Of a stretch of DNA of 64,000 bases, positions 48,494 to 60,516 are shown piece by piece. Made by a program: the position numbers and the translations under genes. The DNA is from an uncultured delta proteobacterium (GTDB taxonomy: Bacteria > Myxococcota_A > UBA9160 > SZUA-336). Each line of letters opens with the position of its first letter. Positions within the stretch are counted from its first letter, which is position 1. Location: positions 192,001-256,000 of the forward strand of contig CAVPHD010000003.1 in the NCBI GenBank assembly GCA_963704165.1, read 5' to 3'. The notes below the pieces were generated by a model. That model was given only the letters and a program-made list of their open reading frames with translations, was not told the origin of the DNA and ran no database searches.

Positions 48494-49365
48494 GCCGCGC
48501 CGGGTCCCGCGAGGATCCGCAACGCCTGCTTCAGATGCGGGCGATCGAGCATCTTGCCGTCGAGCGCGACGGTGCCCGCCTGCGGATTCGCCTCGAACGC
48601 CGCGACCACGTTGCGGGCGTGCGCGATCTCCTCCGGCGACGGCGTGAACGCGCGCTGGATGATCGGCACCTGGTCGGGATGGATCGCGATCTTGCCGGTG
48701 AACCCGTCCCGGCGCGCTCGCACCGCGCTCGTCTCGAGACCTTCGAGGTCGCGGAAGTCGGGATGAACCGTGTCGAGCGGTTGCACGTCGGCCGCGACCG
48801 CCGCCGCGAGGCAGAGCGCGCGAGCGAGCTGGTAGACGAACGCGAGCTCGCCATCGGGACCGCGATTGGTCGTCGCTCCGAGCGCGGCCGGGAGATCCTC
48901 CGCGCCCCAGGTGAGCCCCTGAAGTCGCGGGCTCGAGCCCGCGTAGCTGTCGAGGTGAAAGAGCGCCCCCGCGGTCTCGGTCGCGACCGGCAGGATTCGC
49001 GTCTGGCCGAGCGCGATCCCGTCGCGCGTCTCGAGCGCGGACAGATAGTGATCGAGCCGGACGACGTCGGCGGCGGAACCGGTCTTCGGCACGACGATTC
49101 CGTCGGGTGCGCCCGGCATCACGGCAGCGAGGTCCTCGAGGGCATCCGAGCCATCGAGTGGGTTGATGCGCACGAAGAGCGCCGGCCTCCGCGTGCCACG
49201 CCGGGCCTCGAGGTACTCGCGCACCAGACCCCGCGCGTACGGTCGCCGTTCGAGCGCGACCGCGTCCTCGAGATCGAGGATCAGCGCGTCGGCACCGGAG
49301 TCGCCGCCCTTCGCGAGCTTGCGCTCGCTGTCGCCGGGAACGAAGAGCATCGCGCGGAAGATCAC
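48490..49365 (-). CDS. CitE-like CoA-ester lyase (HpcH/HpaI aldolase/citrate lyase family)
   Basis: LFVPGD, DLEDAV, VRIN, WGAEDL, GKIAIHPDQ, GKMLDRPH. Confidence 0.9.
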   Translation of the reverse strand: MIFRAMLFVPGDSERKLAKGGDSGADALILDLEDAVALERRPYARGLVREYLEARRGTRRPALFVRINPLDGSDALEDLAAVMPGAPDGIVVPKTGSAADVVRLDHYLSALETRDGIALGQTRILPVATETAGALFHLDSYAGSSPRLQGLTWGAEDLPAALGATTNRGPDGELAFVYQLARALCLAAAVAADVQPLDTVHPDFRDLEGLETSAVRARRDGFTGKIAIHPDQVPIIQRAFTPSPEEIAHARNVVAAFEANPQAGTVALDGKMLDRPHLKQALRILAGPGAA

Positions 49366-49405
49366 GGCCGAAGCCTAGCCGAATTCGAAACGCGCGGTCC
49401 GGTCG

Positions 49406-50536
49406 CTAGGGCAAGTTCCGGAAGCTGTCGCCGATGACCAGCTCGCGCTCCGAACGCGTCACGAGAGCGAGCGAGGTCCGCTCGCCGGCCTTGACCACGA
49501 AGACCTCACCCACGACGTCGTCCGGAACCATCAGCATGTTGGACGAGAGCGGATCGCGCACCTGGCGGCCCGCGCGGAAGACCATGAGGCGCCTTCCCGG
49601 AACGACACCACTGCGTGTACCCTGGTCCAGAACCACGAAGTCCCGATCGCCCACGCGCTGTCGGTAGGGCTCGAAGGCGACGATCTCGCCGCGCACGGGC
49701 TGACCGGTGCGCACCTCGGTGACCGCCTCGGGCTCCTCGACGAATGGCATCACGCGGTCGCCGGGCTGCATCTCCGCCCAGGACTGGGTGATGCGTACCC
49801 ACGAAGTCTCGGGGAGAAGCTGAGTGATCTCGGCCTTGCCGAGAACCTGGATGAAGTAGCCGAGCAGCTCGCCCGAGTCCGGGTGGTACAGCGGGCGGCG
49901 GACCCGGAAGACCGTGTAGGCGTCCCCGATGTGCGCCTGGCCTTCGCCGACGCTCACGATCGAGCGCTGGCCCTGAACCGTCCAGTAGTTCTCCTCGTGA
50001 TTTCCCATGATCGCCCCGCTCGCCTTCAGGACATCGTCCGTGACGAAGCTGACCCCTTGGAGCGTCGGGATCTCGAGCTTGAAGTCGTCGCTGACCTCGG
50101 CAGAATCGAGGCCCGAGAACGGATCCGGCTCCTCGCTGGGCTCCGCGATCTTCCGCACCGCGGGAGCAGGAGCCTCCGGCGCCGGGGCCGCGGGTACCTC
50201 GGTCGGGGCCTCGGTTCGGGCATTCGCCGCGGCGAGGCGAGCCGCCTCCTCCGGCGTGAGCTTGCGCATCATGCCCTCGGAGATCCAGATCAGCTCGCCG
50301 GGGAAGATGCGATGCGGATTGGCGATCTCCGCCTCGTTCTCCTTCCACACCGACGGCCAGATCCACGGCGTGCCGAGGTAGGTTTCCGATATGGCCCAGA
50401 GCGTATCGCCCTTCTGAACCTTGTAGATCTGTCCCTTCTTGCCGTCGGGTGTCACGCCCGTACCCTGACCCTGCGCGAGGCAGAAACCGGGCAGGACCAG
50501 TCCGACGACCAGCACGATGGAGCGAAGCGAGGACAT
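49406..50536 (-). CDS. LysM peptidoglycan-binding protein, TsaP-like
   Basis: Signal peptide; YKVQKGDTLWAIS..PWIWPSVW..NPHRIFPG; beta-rich C-terminal region. Confidence 0.85.
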   Translation of the reverse strand: MSSLRSIVLVVGLVLPGFCLAQGQGTGVTPDGKKGQIYKVQKGDTLWAISETYLGTPWIWPSVWKENEAEIANPHRIFPGELIWISEGMMRKLTPEEAARLAAANARTEAPTEVPAAPAPEAPAPAVRKIAEPSEEPDPFSGLDSAEVSDDFKLEIPTLQGVSFVTDDVLKASGAIMGNHEENYWTVQGQRSIVSVGEGQAHIGDAYTVFRVRRPLYHPDSGELLGYFIQVLGKAEITQLLPETSWVRITQSWAEMQPGDRVMPFVEEPEAVTEVRTGQPVRGEIVAFEPYRQRVGDRDFVVLDQGTRSGVVPGRRLMVFRAGRQVRDPLSSNMLMVPDDVVGEVFVVKAGERTSLALVTRSERELVIGDSFRNLP

Positions 50537-50605
50537 GGATTCCCCTTTCCACGACGCGCATCGGCAGTGCCTACGCGTGCCTTTAGAAAGGTCTCCGCAT
50601 CCGAC

Positions 50606-53050
50606 TCAGCCGGCCTGAAGCTCCTTCAAGAGCTTCTCGGCGGCTTCGCGCTCGGCGAAGTTCGAACTCTCCTCCAGCGCGCGCCTGAGTTCCTGGACGG
50701 CGCGATCACGCTCGCCGTTCTTCTCGTACGCGGACGCGAGGTGGTAGCGGACCGTGCCGCGAAGCGGGTGGCCGTTGGGGTAGCCATCGACCGCCTCCCG
50801 AAACAGCGCAATCGCAGCCGACGGGATGCCCTTCTTGTACATCACCCAGCCCAGCGTGTCGGCGACGCTCGGATCGTTGGGCATCGCGTTCTTCGCGTCC
50901 TGGGCGAGCTGGAGCGCGCGATCGAGCTCGGCCGGCGTTGCCTGATCGTTGTCGGCCAGCAGCCACGCCAGGTTGTTCTTCGCTCCCGGCTGGTCCTGGT
51001 CGAGCCGGAGCACGACCTCGTAGTTCTCCTTCGCCTCGTCCTTGCGCCCGGCCGTCTCGGACAGCGATGCGAGCTCGAGTGCGATCAGCGGGTTCTGCGA
51101 GTCCATCTCGCGCGCCTTCTTGTAGGCCGTGATCGCATCGTCGAGGTGGCTGCCGTCGCGCTGCCAGAGTGTCCGGTACAGCTTGGCGAGCGTGACCACG
51201 CTGTCCACGCGCTTCGGATCCTTCTCGATCGCGAGCTTGAGGTCCGCGAGTGCCAGCGCGATTCCCTCCGGTTTGTCGCCGCCGGGTGACGAGAGGCGGA
51301 TCTTCGCGCGCATCTCGTAGAGCGGGACGTTGTCGGGCTGCGCCTTGATGAAGCCGTCGATTTTCTTCATCGCGGCCTCGTAGTTCCGCTCGTCGAGATC
51401 CGACTGGATCAACTCGGCCATCGCCGCCGGGTCGTTCGGGTTCTCGGCGATCAGCGCCTCGAGGATCGGTGCCGCAGCCTTGGTGTCACGCGTGCGGCGA
51501 TAGAGTTCCGCGATCTTGAGCCGGATCGGCGCAGGTAGCTCCGTCGTGACCTCGATCGGCCGGAGCATCTCGCGCGCCTCGTGGATGCGCTTCAGTCGCG
51601 TCAGGGCTTCGACCAGGATCAATCGGATGCGCAGATCTTTCGGGTTCTGCTCGACGACGAGCTTCGCTTCACGAGCCGCGCTTTCGTCTTCACCCGCGGC
51701 GAGATACAGGGCGGAGAGCTGGCTGCGCGCGGGCATGTACTGGGCATCGACCTGGAGCGCCTCCTGGAACTCGCTGCGCGCGAGATCCTGCTGACGCTGA
51801 GCGAGGTACGCGGTGCCGAGCAGCACGTGGGCCGCTGCGCTCGGCTGCTGATCGATCACGCGCCGCAGACTGGTCGCGGCCTCCGAATACTTCTTGTCGA
51901 GCAGGTAGAACTTCCCCTCGGTGAAGAGCCCGAGCACGCTCTTCGGGTTCTCCGTCAGGATCTCCCGCACGATGGCCCAGGCCTCGGGAGTGGGCGTGGC
52001 ATCTTCGCCCTTGGTGTCCACGATCAGCTCGGCTCTGCGCAGACGGGCGGCCTCGCTCTTGGGCTCGACTTCGATGGCGCGATCGACGTCCGCAAGCGCC
52101 TGCTCGACGTTCCCGGCCCGTCGGTGGTAGTCCGCGAGCACGAGCAGCGGCTCGGCGAGGCCGGGCTGCATCTTCACGCTCTCTTCGAGCATCGCTTCGG
52201 CCTGGTCGCTCTTGTTGGTCGAGTAGTAGAAGCGCGCCAGCGTCAACAACACGTTTGCGTCGTCGGGCGCGTCCTTGCGGGCCTCGAGCAGGATCTCCTC
52301 GGCTTTGTCCGGCTGCCCTTGGTTGATGTAGAAGTTGGTCAGGAACAGGCGTGCCTGGGTGCGCTCGTCCGAGCTCTCCGCTGCGCCGATCGCCGAGTTC
52401 AATTCGGCGAGTGCCTCGTCGCTCTTGCCGACGATGGAAAGGAAACGCGCGACCGAGAGGTGGTTCGACGTCGAAGGCTTGACGACGACGAGTCTGCGCA
52501 GCGCCTCTTCCGCGCCCGCGATGTCGCCCTTCCGCCCGAGAGCCTGCGCTCGCAGCGCGAGCGAATCGGGGTGATCGGGATCGATCGCGAGCGCGACGTC
52601 GAGATCCTCGATCAGCCCGTCGACGTCGCCCTTCACCGATTTCAGAGCGCCGCGAAGAAGCAGCGCGTCGATGTTCTTCGGGTCCTTCTCGAGAACCGTC
52701 GAGACCTGCTCGAGAGCGGTATCGTAGTCGCGCGCGGCGAAGAGCACCTGCGTGAGCTTCATCCGCCACTCGGCGTTGTCGGGCGCGAGTCGCGACGCTT
52801 CCTTGTACTGCCAGAGCGCTTCGCCGAACTCCTGAAGCGCCCAGAGCGTCTCGGCCATCTTGTAGTGCGCCTCAGCGTCGTTCGGAGCGAGCTGGAGCAG
52901 ATTCAGGTACGCGATCTTCGCTTCGCTCCACTCCTCGTCATCGAAGAACGCGGTGGCCGCCTCGCGCTGCTCGGCGATCCGAGCTTCCTTCGACGTGCAC
53001 CCAAGCACGACGGAAAGCAGGAGAGAGCACAGAATCGCCGCAACTCGCAT
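50606..53050 (-). CDS. Large TPR-repeat lipoprotein (PrsT-like)
   Basis: Lipobox VLGC; many TPRs; C-terminal AKNNLAWLL..DTLGWV..YHLA. Confidence 0.82.
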   Translation of the reverse strand: MRVAAILCSLLLSVVLGCTSKEARIAEQREAATAFFDDEEWSEAKIAYLNLLQLAPNDAEAHYKMAETLWALQEFGEALWQYKEASRLAPDNAEWRMKLTQVLFAARDYDTALEQVSTVLEKDPKNIDALLLRGALKSVKGDVDGLIEDLDVALAIDPDHPDSLALRAQALGRKGDIAGAEEALRRLVVVKPSTSNHLSVARFLSIVGKSDEALAELNSAIGAAESSDERTQARLFLTNFYINQGQPDKAEEILLEARKDAPDDANVLLTLARFYYSTNKSDQAEAMLEESVKMQPGLAEPLLVLADYHRRAGNVEQALADVDRAIEVEPKSEAARLRRAELIVDTKGEDATPTPEAWAIVREILTENPKSVLGLFTEGKFYLLDKKYSEAATSLRRVIDQQPSAAAHVLLGTAYLAQRQQDLARSEFQEALQVDAQYMPARSQLSALYLAAGEDESAAREAKLVVEQNPKDLRIRLILVEALTRLKRIHEAREMLRPIEVTTELPAPIRLKIAELYRRTRDTKAAAPILEALIAENPNDPAAMAELIQSDLDERNYEAAMKKIDGFIKAQPDNVPLYEMRAKIRLSSPGGDKPEGIALALADLKLAIEKDPKRVDSVVTLAKLYRTLWQRDGSHLDDAITAYKKAREMDSQNPLIALELASLSETAGRKDEAKENYEVVLRLDQDQPGAKNNLAWLLADNDQATPAELDRALQLAQDAKNAMPNDPSVADTLGWVMYKKGIPSAAIALFREAVDGYPNGHPLRGTVRYHLASAYEKNGERDRAVQELRRALEESSNFAEREAAEKLLKELQAG

Positions 53051-53111
53051 CTTCGGGGACCTCCGGGCGCGTATTCGGTCCCGAAGTGCTAGCACACGGC
53101 GGGGTCCGAGT

Positions 53112-53792
53112 TCAGGTCCGCTCGGCGGCGTCGGTGTCGGCTGCGGGCACGAGGTAGCGCTTGCCCTCTTGCTCGAGCCAGCCGGAGTCCTTGAGTTCCT
53201 TCACGACGCGCGTGATGGTCTCGCGACTCGTACCGACGAGATCGGCGAGCTGCTGGTGCGTGATCGGCGACGTCGCCATGCGATCCTCGCGCGATGGCAC
53301 CTTCTCCTTGGCCAGACGCGCGAGCAGACGCCGCGCCCGGCTTTCGACGCGCTCGAAGGAGAGGCCGCGGATTTGCTCGTCGGTCTCGCGCAGGCGCCGC
53401 GCGAACTCGCGAAGCAGATCGAGCGTGAGCTCGTGATTCTGCTTCAGCAGCCCCAGGAAATCCTGGCGGGAGAGCGCGAGCAGCACGCATGCCGTCGTCG
53501 TCTTCACGGAAGCCGAACGCGGCTCGCGATCGAGCAGCGCCATCTCGCCGAAGAAGTCGCCCGGCCCGAGGATCTCGAGGATCTTCTCGCGGCCGTCCTC
53601 GGACATCTTCGTGACCTTCACCTGGCCTTCCTGGATCAGGTACATGTAGTCGCCGAGCGAACCGTCCTCGAAAATCACGGCATCGCGCGGGAACTTCCGA
53701 TCGATCAAGAGGCCCGCGATGTCGGCGAGATCCTTCTCGTCGAGGTTGCGGAAGAGCGGAATGCCGCGGAGAGCGTCGTTGTGTTCCTTCAT
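53112..53792 (-). CDS. Crp/Fnr family transcriptional regulator (cNMP-binding)
   Basis: FFGEMALL..PRSASV cNMP cassette; HTH THQQLADLVGTSRETITR. Confidence 0.93.
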   Translation of the reverse strand: MKEHNDALRGIPLFRNLDEKDLADIAGLLIDRKFPRDAVIFEDGSLGDYMYLIQEGQVKVTKMSEDGREKILEILGPGDFFGEMALLDREPRSASVKTTTACVLLALSRQDFLGLLKQNHELTLDLLREFARRLRETDEQIRGLSFERVESRARRLLARLAKEKVPSREDRMATSPITHQQLADLVGTSRETITRVVKELKDSGWLEQEGKRYLVPAADTDAAERT

Positions 53793-53829
53793 ACCTGTCT
53801 GCCTCGGTCCATGGACATGGACGGAACTC

Positions 53830-54921
53830 CTATAGGAGCTCTTCACGATGCTGGCGGGTGAGCTCATCGACGACCCCTCGCACGTCCTGCGCGTGATCTT
53901 TAGCGCAGACGAGAAGTGCGTCGGTGGTCTGGATCACAAGCAGGTCCTGCACGCCGATCAGCACCACCTGCCTATCGGCCGAACTCCACACGACATTGCG
54001 TCTCGCCTCGAAGAGCAGCGGCGATGGTGAGCAGTGTACACGGTTGCCGTCGCGTGGGGGCAGATGCTCGCCGAGTGCGTCCCAGCTCCCGAGGTCCGAC
54101 CAGCCAAAATCCCCGCGCACGGCGCGAACGCGGCGACTCCGCTCCAGGACCGCGAAATCGAACGAGAGCGGTCGAACCCGCGCCCAGGCTCGGGCGAACG
54201 CCGCGCGCGGCACGGAACGTCCCTCGGCGATCCGCGAGAGCGTCGCTCCGAGCGCGTCCCAGATCTCTGGCGCGTGCGTGCGCGTCTCGGCGAGGATCCG
54301 CTCGGGGCGCGCGAACAGCATGCCGGAGTTCCACAGAACCCGACCGCTCGAAACGAGGGTCCGAGCTCGCGCGCGCGTGGGCTTCTCGACGAAGCGCTCG
54401 ACCTCGAGACCCCCATCGCGGCCCGCGCGACGCGAGACGCCGAGGTAGCCGTAACCCGTCTCCGGCCGCGTCGGTTCGATGCCGAGCAGCACGAGGTGCT
54501 CACCGTCCGCGGCGACGCTCGATGCCCGTCTCACGCAGCGAACGAAGGCACCGGGCTTCGTGATCAGGTGATCCGCCGGAAAGACGCCGATCACCCCGTC
54601 GCGTCCGCGCCCGAGCGCATCCGCCGCGGACCAGGCGATCGCCGCCGCCGTGTTCCGCGCGAGCGGCTCGAGCAGGAGTCGTGCGCCGCGATGCGCGCGA
54701 AGCGCGGAGCGCGTCGGACCGGCGAGCGAAGCGGCCGAGACGACCGTCGTGCGACCCGGCGGCGCGATCCGCCGCAATCGCGTGAGCGTGTCACCGAGGA
54801 GCGTACGTGTTCCGACGAGCTTCACGAACGGCTTCGGAAGCGCGCGGCGGCTCGCGGGCCAGAAGCGGGTTCCCGCACCGCCCGCGAGTACGACCGGCAG
54901 GATTTCCCGCCTTCGGGCTAT
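53830..54921 (-). CDS. manC: Mannose-1-phosphate guanylyltransferase (start codon uncertain)
   Basis: VLAGGAGTRFWPASR..PK, EPLARNTA, PADH, GYGY, FVEKP, WNSG, WSDLGSW. Confidence 0.9.
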   Translation of the reverse strand: MARRREILPVVLAGGAGTRFWPASRRALPKPFVKLVGTRTLLGDTLTRLRRIAPPGRTTVVSAASLAGPTRSALRAHRGARLLLEPLARNTAAAIAWSAADALGRGRDGVIGVFPADHLITKPGAFVRCVRRASSVAADGEHLVLLGIEPTRPETGYGYLGVSRRAGRDGGLEVERFVEKPTRARARTLVSSGRVLWNSGMLFARPERILAETRTHAPEIWDALGATLSRIAEGRSVPRAAFARAWARVRPLSFDFAVLERSRRVRAVRGDFGWSDLGSWDALGEHLPPRDGNRVHCSPSPLLFEARRNVVWSSADRQVVLIGVQDLLVIQTTDALLVCAKDHAQDVRGVVDELTRQHREELL

Positions 54922-56228
54922 CGTCCCACTCCCGTGTAGCGGAATCCCATCTGCAGCATCTCGGCCGGCTCGCAGACGTTTCGCATGTCGATCACGATCG
55001 GTTCGCGCAACAGCTCCTTCAGGCGCACCAGATCGAGCTTCCGGAACTCGTTCCACTCGGTCAGGTAGAGCAGCGCGTCGCTCCCCTTCGCGGTGTCGTA
55101 CGCGTCCTCGCAGAAGTCGACGTCCGAAAGCTCACGTGCGGCCGTCTTCATCGCCTCGGGGTCGTAACAGCGGATCTTCGCACCGCGCTTCTGCAGCTCT
55201 CGAATCACCCAGATCGCAGGTGAGTCGCGCACGTCGTCGGTATTCGGCTTGAAGGAGAGGCCGAGCGCGCCGAGCGTCTTGCCCCGAAGCGCTCCGACCA
55301 TCCCCTCGACCTTCGTGATCATGCGCGCGCGCTGAGCGTCGTTTGCAGCCACCGTCGCCGCTACGATCCGCTGTTCGACGCCGAACTCCCGGCTGAACCG
55401 CACGAGCGAGAGCGTGTCCTTCGGGAAGCAGGAGCCGCCGTAGCCCGGTCCGGGATGGAGGAACTTCCGGCCGATCCGGCCGTCGAGACCCATCGCGCGA
55501 GAGACGTGGTGAACGTCCGCGCCGACGGCCTCGCAGAGCGCGGAGATCTCGTTGATGAAGCTGATCTTGGTCGCGAGAAAGGCGTTGCTCGCGTACTTGA
55601 TGAGCTCCGCCGTCGCGACGTTCGTGATCACGAACGGCACCTCGATCAGATTCAGCGGTTTGTACAGATCCTTCAGGATCGCGACCGCCTCCGGATCGTC
55701 CGCGCCGATCACGACGCGGTCGGGGTGAAGGAAATCCTCGACGGCGCTGCCCTCGCGCAGGAACTCCGGGTTCGAGGCGACCGAGCAGCGGATCGAGCGC
55801 TTGCCGGCCGCCTTCGCGGCCTCGTACACCGTGTTCCGCACGCGCTCGGCCGTCTTCACGGGCACGGTGCTCTTCGTGACGACGACCTTGTAGCCGTCGA
55901 GGTGCGCGCCGATGGTGCGTGCGACCTCGTCGACGTAGGAGAGGTCGGTGCTGCCGTCCTCCTGCGGAGGTGTCGGAACGGCGATGAAGATCACGAGGGA
56001 CTGCTGCACGGCGCTGCGGGCGTCGGTCGTGAAATGCAGGCGTCCCGCCGCGGCATTGCGACGGACGATGTCCTCGAGTCCGGGCTCGAAGATCGGGATC
56101 TCACCGCGCTCGAGGCGCGCGATCTTCTCGGCATCCTTGTCCACGCAGATCACGTTGATGCCGAACTCCGAGAATCCGGCGCCGGTGACGAGCCCGACGT
56201 AGCCCGTGCCGATCACGGCGATGTTCAT
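54918..56228 (-). CDS. ugd: UDP-glucose/GDP-mannose 6-dehydrogenase
   Basis: IGTGYVG, KSTVP, SNPEFLREG, GYGGSCFPKD, FKPNTDDVR. Confidence 0.94.
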   Translation of the reverse strand: MNIAVIGTGYVGLVTGAGFSEFGINVICVDKDAEKIARLERGEIPIFEPGLEDIVRRNAAAGRLHFTTDARSAVQQSLVIFIAVPTPPQEDGSTDLSYVDEVARTIGAHLDGYKVVVTKSTVPVKTAERVRNTVYEAAKAAGKRSIRCSVASNPEFLREGSAVEDFLHPDRVVIGADDPEAVAILKDLYKPLNLIEVPFVITNVATAELIKYASNAFLATKISFINEISALCEAVGADVHHVSRAMGLDGRIGRKFLHPGPGYGGSCFPKDTLSLVRFSREFGVEQRIVAATVAANDAQRARMITKVEGMVGALRGKTLGALGLSFKPNTDDVRDSPAIWVIRELQKRGAKIRCYDPEAMKTAARELSDVDFCEDAYDTAKGSDALLYLTEWNEFRKLDLVRLKELLREPIVIDMRNVCEPAEMLQMGFRYTGVGR

Positions 56229-56607
56229 GGTGGTGCTTCCTTCTTCCAAGCGAGGGTCAGCGGACGAAGGCCCTCGAAGAGAGCGGCTCCTATTCCCACG
56301 CCGACGACGTCCCTGATGAAATCTCCGAGCGAAGCGAAGCGGCTGGGCACCATTCGCTGCAGACTCTCGTCGATCGCCGCGAAGACGACGATCGAAACGG
56401 TGACGAGCACGAGTCGCGGCACGCGCGGTCCGACGACGGCCCAGAGGGTAACCAAGGTGAGTCCGGTGAACAGAGGGATGTGGGCCAGCTCGAGCAGGGC
56501 GGCCGAGACACCCCAGCTGGAGACCTCCCGGCCCGGCAGGGTCGTGAGTACGAGCACGCCGATCGTATAGGCGAGAGCGGCGAGGCCGCGCAGGGGCACG
56601 ACGCGCA

Positions 56608-56608
<1 letters not shown>
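56225..56608 (-). CDS. VanZ family membrane protein
   Basis: Hydrophobic; AH..F..L and DESLQRMVPSRFASLGD motifs. Confidence 0.8.
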
Positions 56609-58585
<1,977 letters not shown>

Positions 58586-58638
58586 CTAGTAGCAGAGATG
58601 CCGCGCGGACGCGATCGGCCGGCGCGGGCCCTTGCCGA

Positions 58639-60516
58639 TCACGGGCCGGCGCTCCGGGCCGTGCACCACCAGCGGTAACAGAGCGCCGTGACGAGCGCGG
58701 TGTAGAGCGCGGGATTCGTCGAGGACGCCGCCCAGAGTCTCTCGGCGCCACCGGGCCGGAATGGATCCGGAAACCCGGGCGTACCCTCGGCCAGGAGCGC
58801 GCGCATCGAGTCGGCGACCCTCGGGTCGCGAAGCCAGGAGCGCATCGGGATGCCGAATCCCCGCTTCGGAGCGGCGCAGACCTCGGGCGGAAGATGCCGG
58901 GAGGCGAGCCGCCGCAGCAGGTACTTGTTCCGCCCGTCCTTCACCCGCAGCCGGGACGGCACGCGCAGCCCGAGCTCCACCATCCGGTAGTCGAGGAACG
59001 GCGATCGAAGCTCGAGCGAGTGGCGCATGCTCATCCGATCGACCTTCACGAGGATGTCGTCGAGCATGTAGCTGCGCAGGTCCGTGCGCTGCGACTGGTC
59101 GATGGCGCTGGCGCCACGCCACGCGGGAAGTCGCGCCGCGTAGCGCCGCACGAGCTCGCTCCCGGCGACGTGAAGACCGGGAGCGAGTAGCTCCGCTGGC
59201 CAGTCCTCGAACGGATAGAGCGTCGAGCCCATTCCGAATCGCCCCACCGACTCGCCCAGACGCGACGCGAAGCGCCGCAGCGTCGAATCGGGTGGCGCGA
59301 CCCGGCCGATCATCGCACCGACGCCGCTCCGGAGCGATCGCGGCACGCGGTCGAGCGCGCGCCAGCGCCAGGCACGGACGTGACTCGGGTAGCCCCCGAA
59401 GACCTCGTCTCCCGCGTCCCCGGTCAGAACCACGACCAGGTGTTTGCGCGCCTCCGCGCAGATCAGCGATGTGGGAAGCGCCGACGTGTCGAAGCTGGGC
59501 TCGTCGAAGTGACCCATGACGGCGGGGAGTTCATCCATGCCTCGGCGCAGGTCGACATCGAGCGTCTGCAATTCGACACCGAGACGGCGCGCGGTCGCGG
59601 CCGCCAGCGGCGTCTCGTCCTCGGCCTCGCCGCCGAATCCGACGGTGAAGCACGACAGGCCGCTGCGCTGCTTCGCCGCCGCCGCCGCGACGAGCCCCGA
59701 GTCGATGCCGCCGGAGAGAAACACCCCGAGAGGCACGTCGGCGCGCAGTCGAATTCGGGTCGCATCGACGAGCAGCGCCTCGATCTCGTCGACCCACGCG
59801 TCCTCGCTGCGTCCGTCTTCGATCTCACCGACGGGCGGGAGGTCCCAGTAGGGCGTCGGCTCTTCCGTTCCGGGCTCGTCGAGGCGGAAGCGGATCCAGT
59901 GCCCCGGCGGCAGCTTCTTCACCCCGGGATACACGCACGCCCAGTCGGGAACCACGCCGACGCGGAAGTACGCGCCGAGCGCATCCGCGTCGAGCTCCGA
60001 CGGAAATCCCGGAACGTCGCGAATGGCGCGAAGCTCGGAGGCGAACGAGAGCGCGCGCCCGGTTCGTCTGTAGAAGAGCGGCTTCACTCCCAAACGGTCG
60101 CGGGCGAGGACGAGCGTTCGGTCCCGCGCGTCGTAGATCGCGAAGGCGAACATTCCGTTCAGCTGCGACAGGCACTCGGCCCCGTCGCGCGCGAAGAGCG
60201 TGAGCAGCACCTCCGTGTCGGATCGGCTGCGGAACTGCACGCCCATGCGCTCGAGATCCGCGCGAAGCTCCTCGAAGTTGTAGATCTGGCCGTTGAAGAC
60301 GATGGTGAAGCGACCGTCGGGAGTGGTCATCGGCTGATGCCCCGCCGGCGAGAGATCGACGATCGCGAGGCGCCGGAATCCCAGGAAGAGCCCCCGATCG
60401 CGGAACGTCGCCGCCTGATCCGGCCCACGGTGCGCGAGCCGGTCGCGCCAGCCGTCGAACGCGGCCGCCGTGACACGGTCGTCTTCGCGGGTCAGGACTC
60501 CGACGATGCCGCACAT
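58639..60516 (-). CDS. asnB: Asparagine synthase (glutamine-hydrolysing)-like amidotransferase
   Basis: MCGI N-terminal Cys, HRGPD, ARDRLGVKP, LSGGIDS, KVDRMSM..SLELRSPFLD. Confidence 0.92.
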   Translation of the reverse strand: MCGIVGVLTREDDRVTAAAFDGWRDRLAHRGPDQAATFRDRGLFLGFRRLAIVDLSPAGHQPMTTPDGRFTIVFNGQIYNFEELRADLERMGVQFRSRSDTEVLLTLFARDGAECLSQLNGMFAFAIYDARDRTLVLARDRLGVKPLFYRRTGRALSFASELRAIRDVPGFPSELDADALGAYFRVGVVPDWACVYPGVKKLPPGHWIRFRLDEPGTEEPTPYWDLPPVGEIEDGRSEDAWVDEIEALLVDATRIRLRADVPLGVFLSGGIDSGLVAAAAAKQRSGLSCFTVGFGGEAEDETPLAAATARRLGVELQTLDVDLRRGMDELPAVMGHFDEPSFDTSALPTSLICAEARKHLVVVLTGDAGDEVFGGYPSHVRAWRWRALDRVPRSLRSGVGAMIGRVAPPDSTLRRFASRLGESVGRFGMGSTLYPFEDWPAELLAPGLHVAGSELVRRYAARLPAWRGASAIDQSQRTDLRSYMLDDILVKVDRMSMRHSLELRSPFLDYRMVELGLRVPSRLRVKDGRNKYLLRRLASRHLPPEVCAAPKRGFGIPMRSWLRDPRVADSMRALLAEGTPGFPDPFRPGGAERLWAASSTNPALYTALVTALCYRWWCTARSAGP

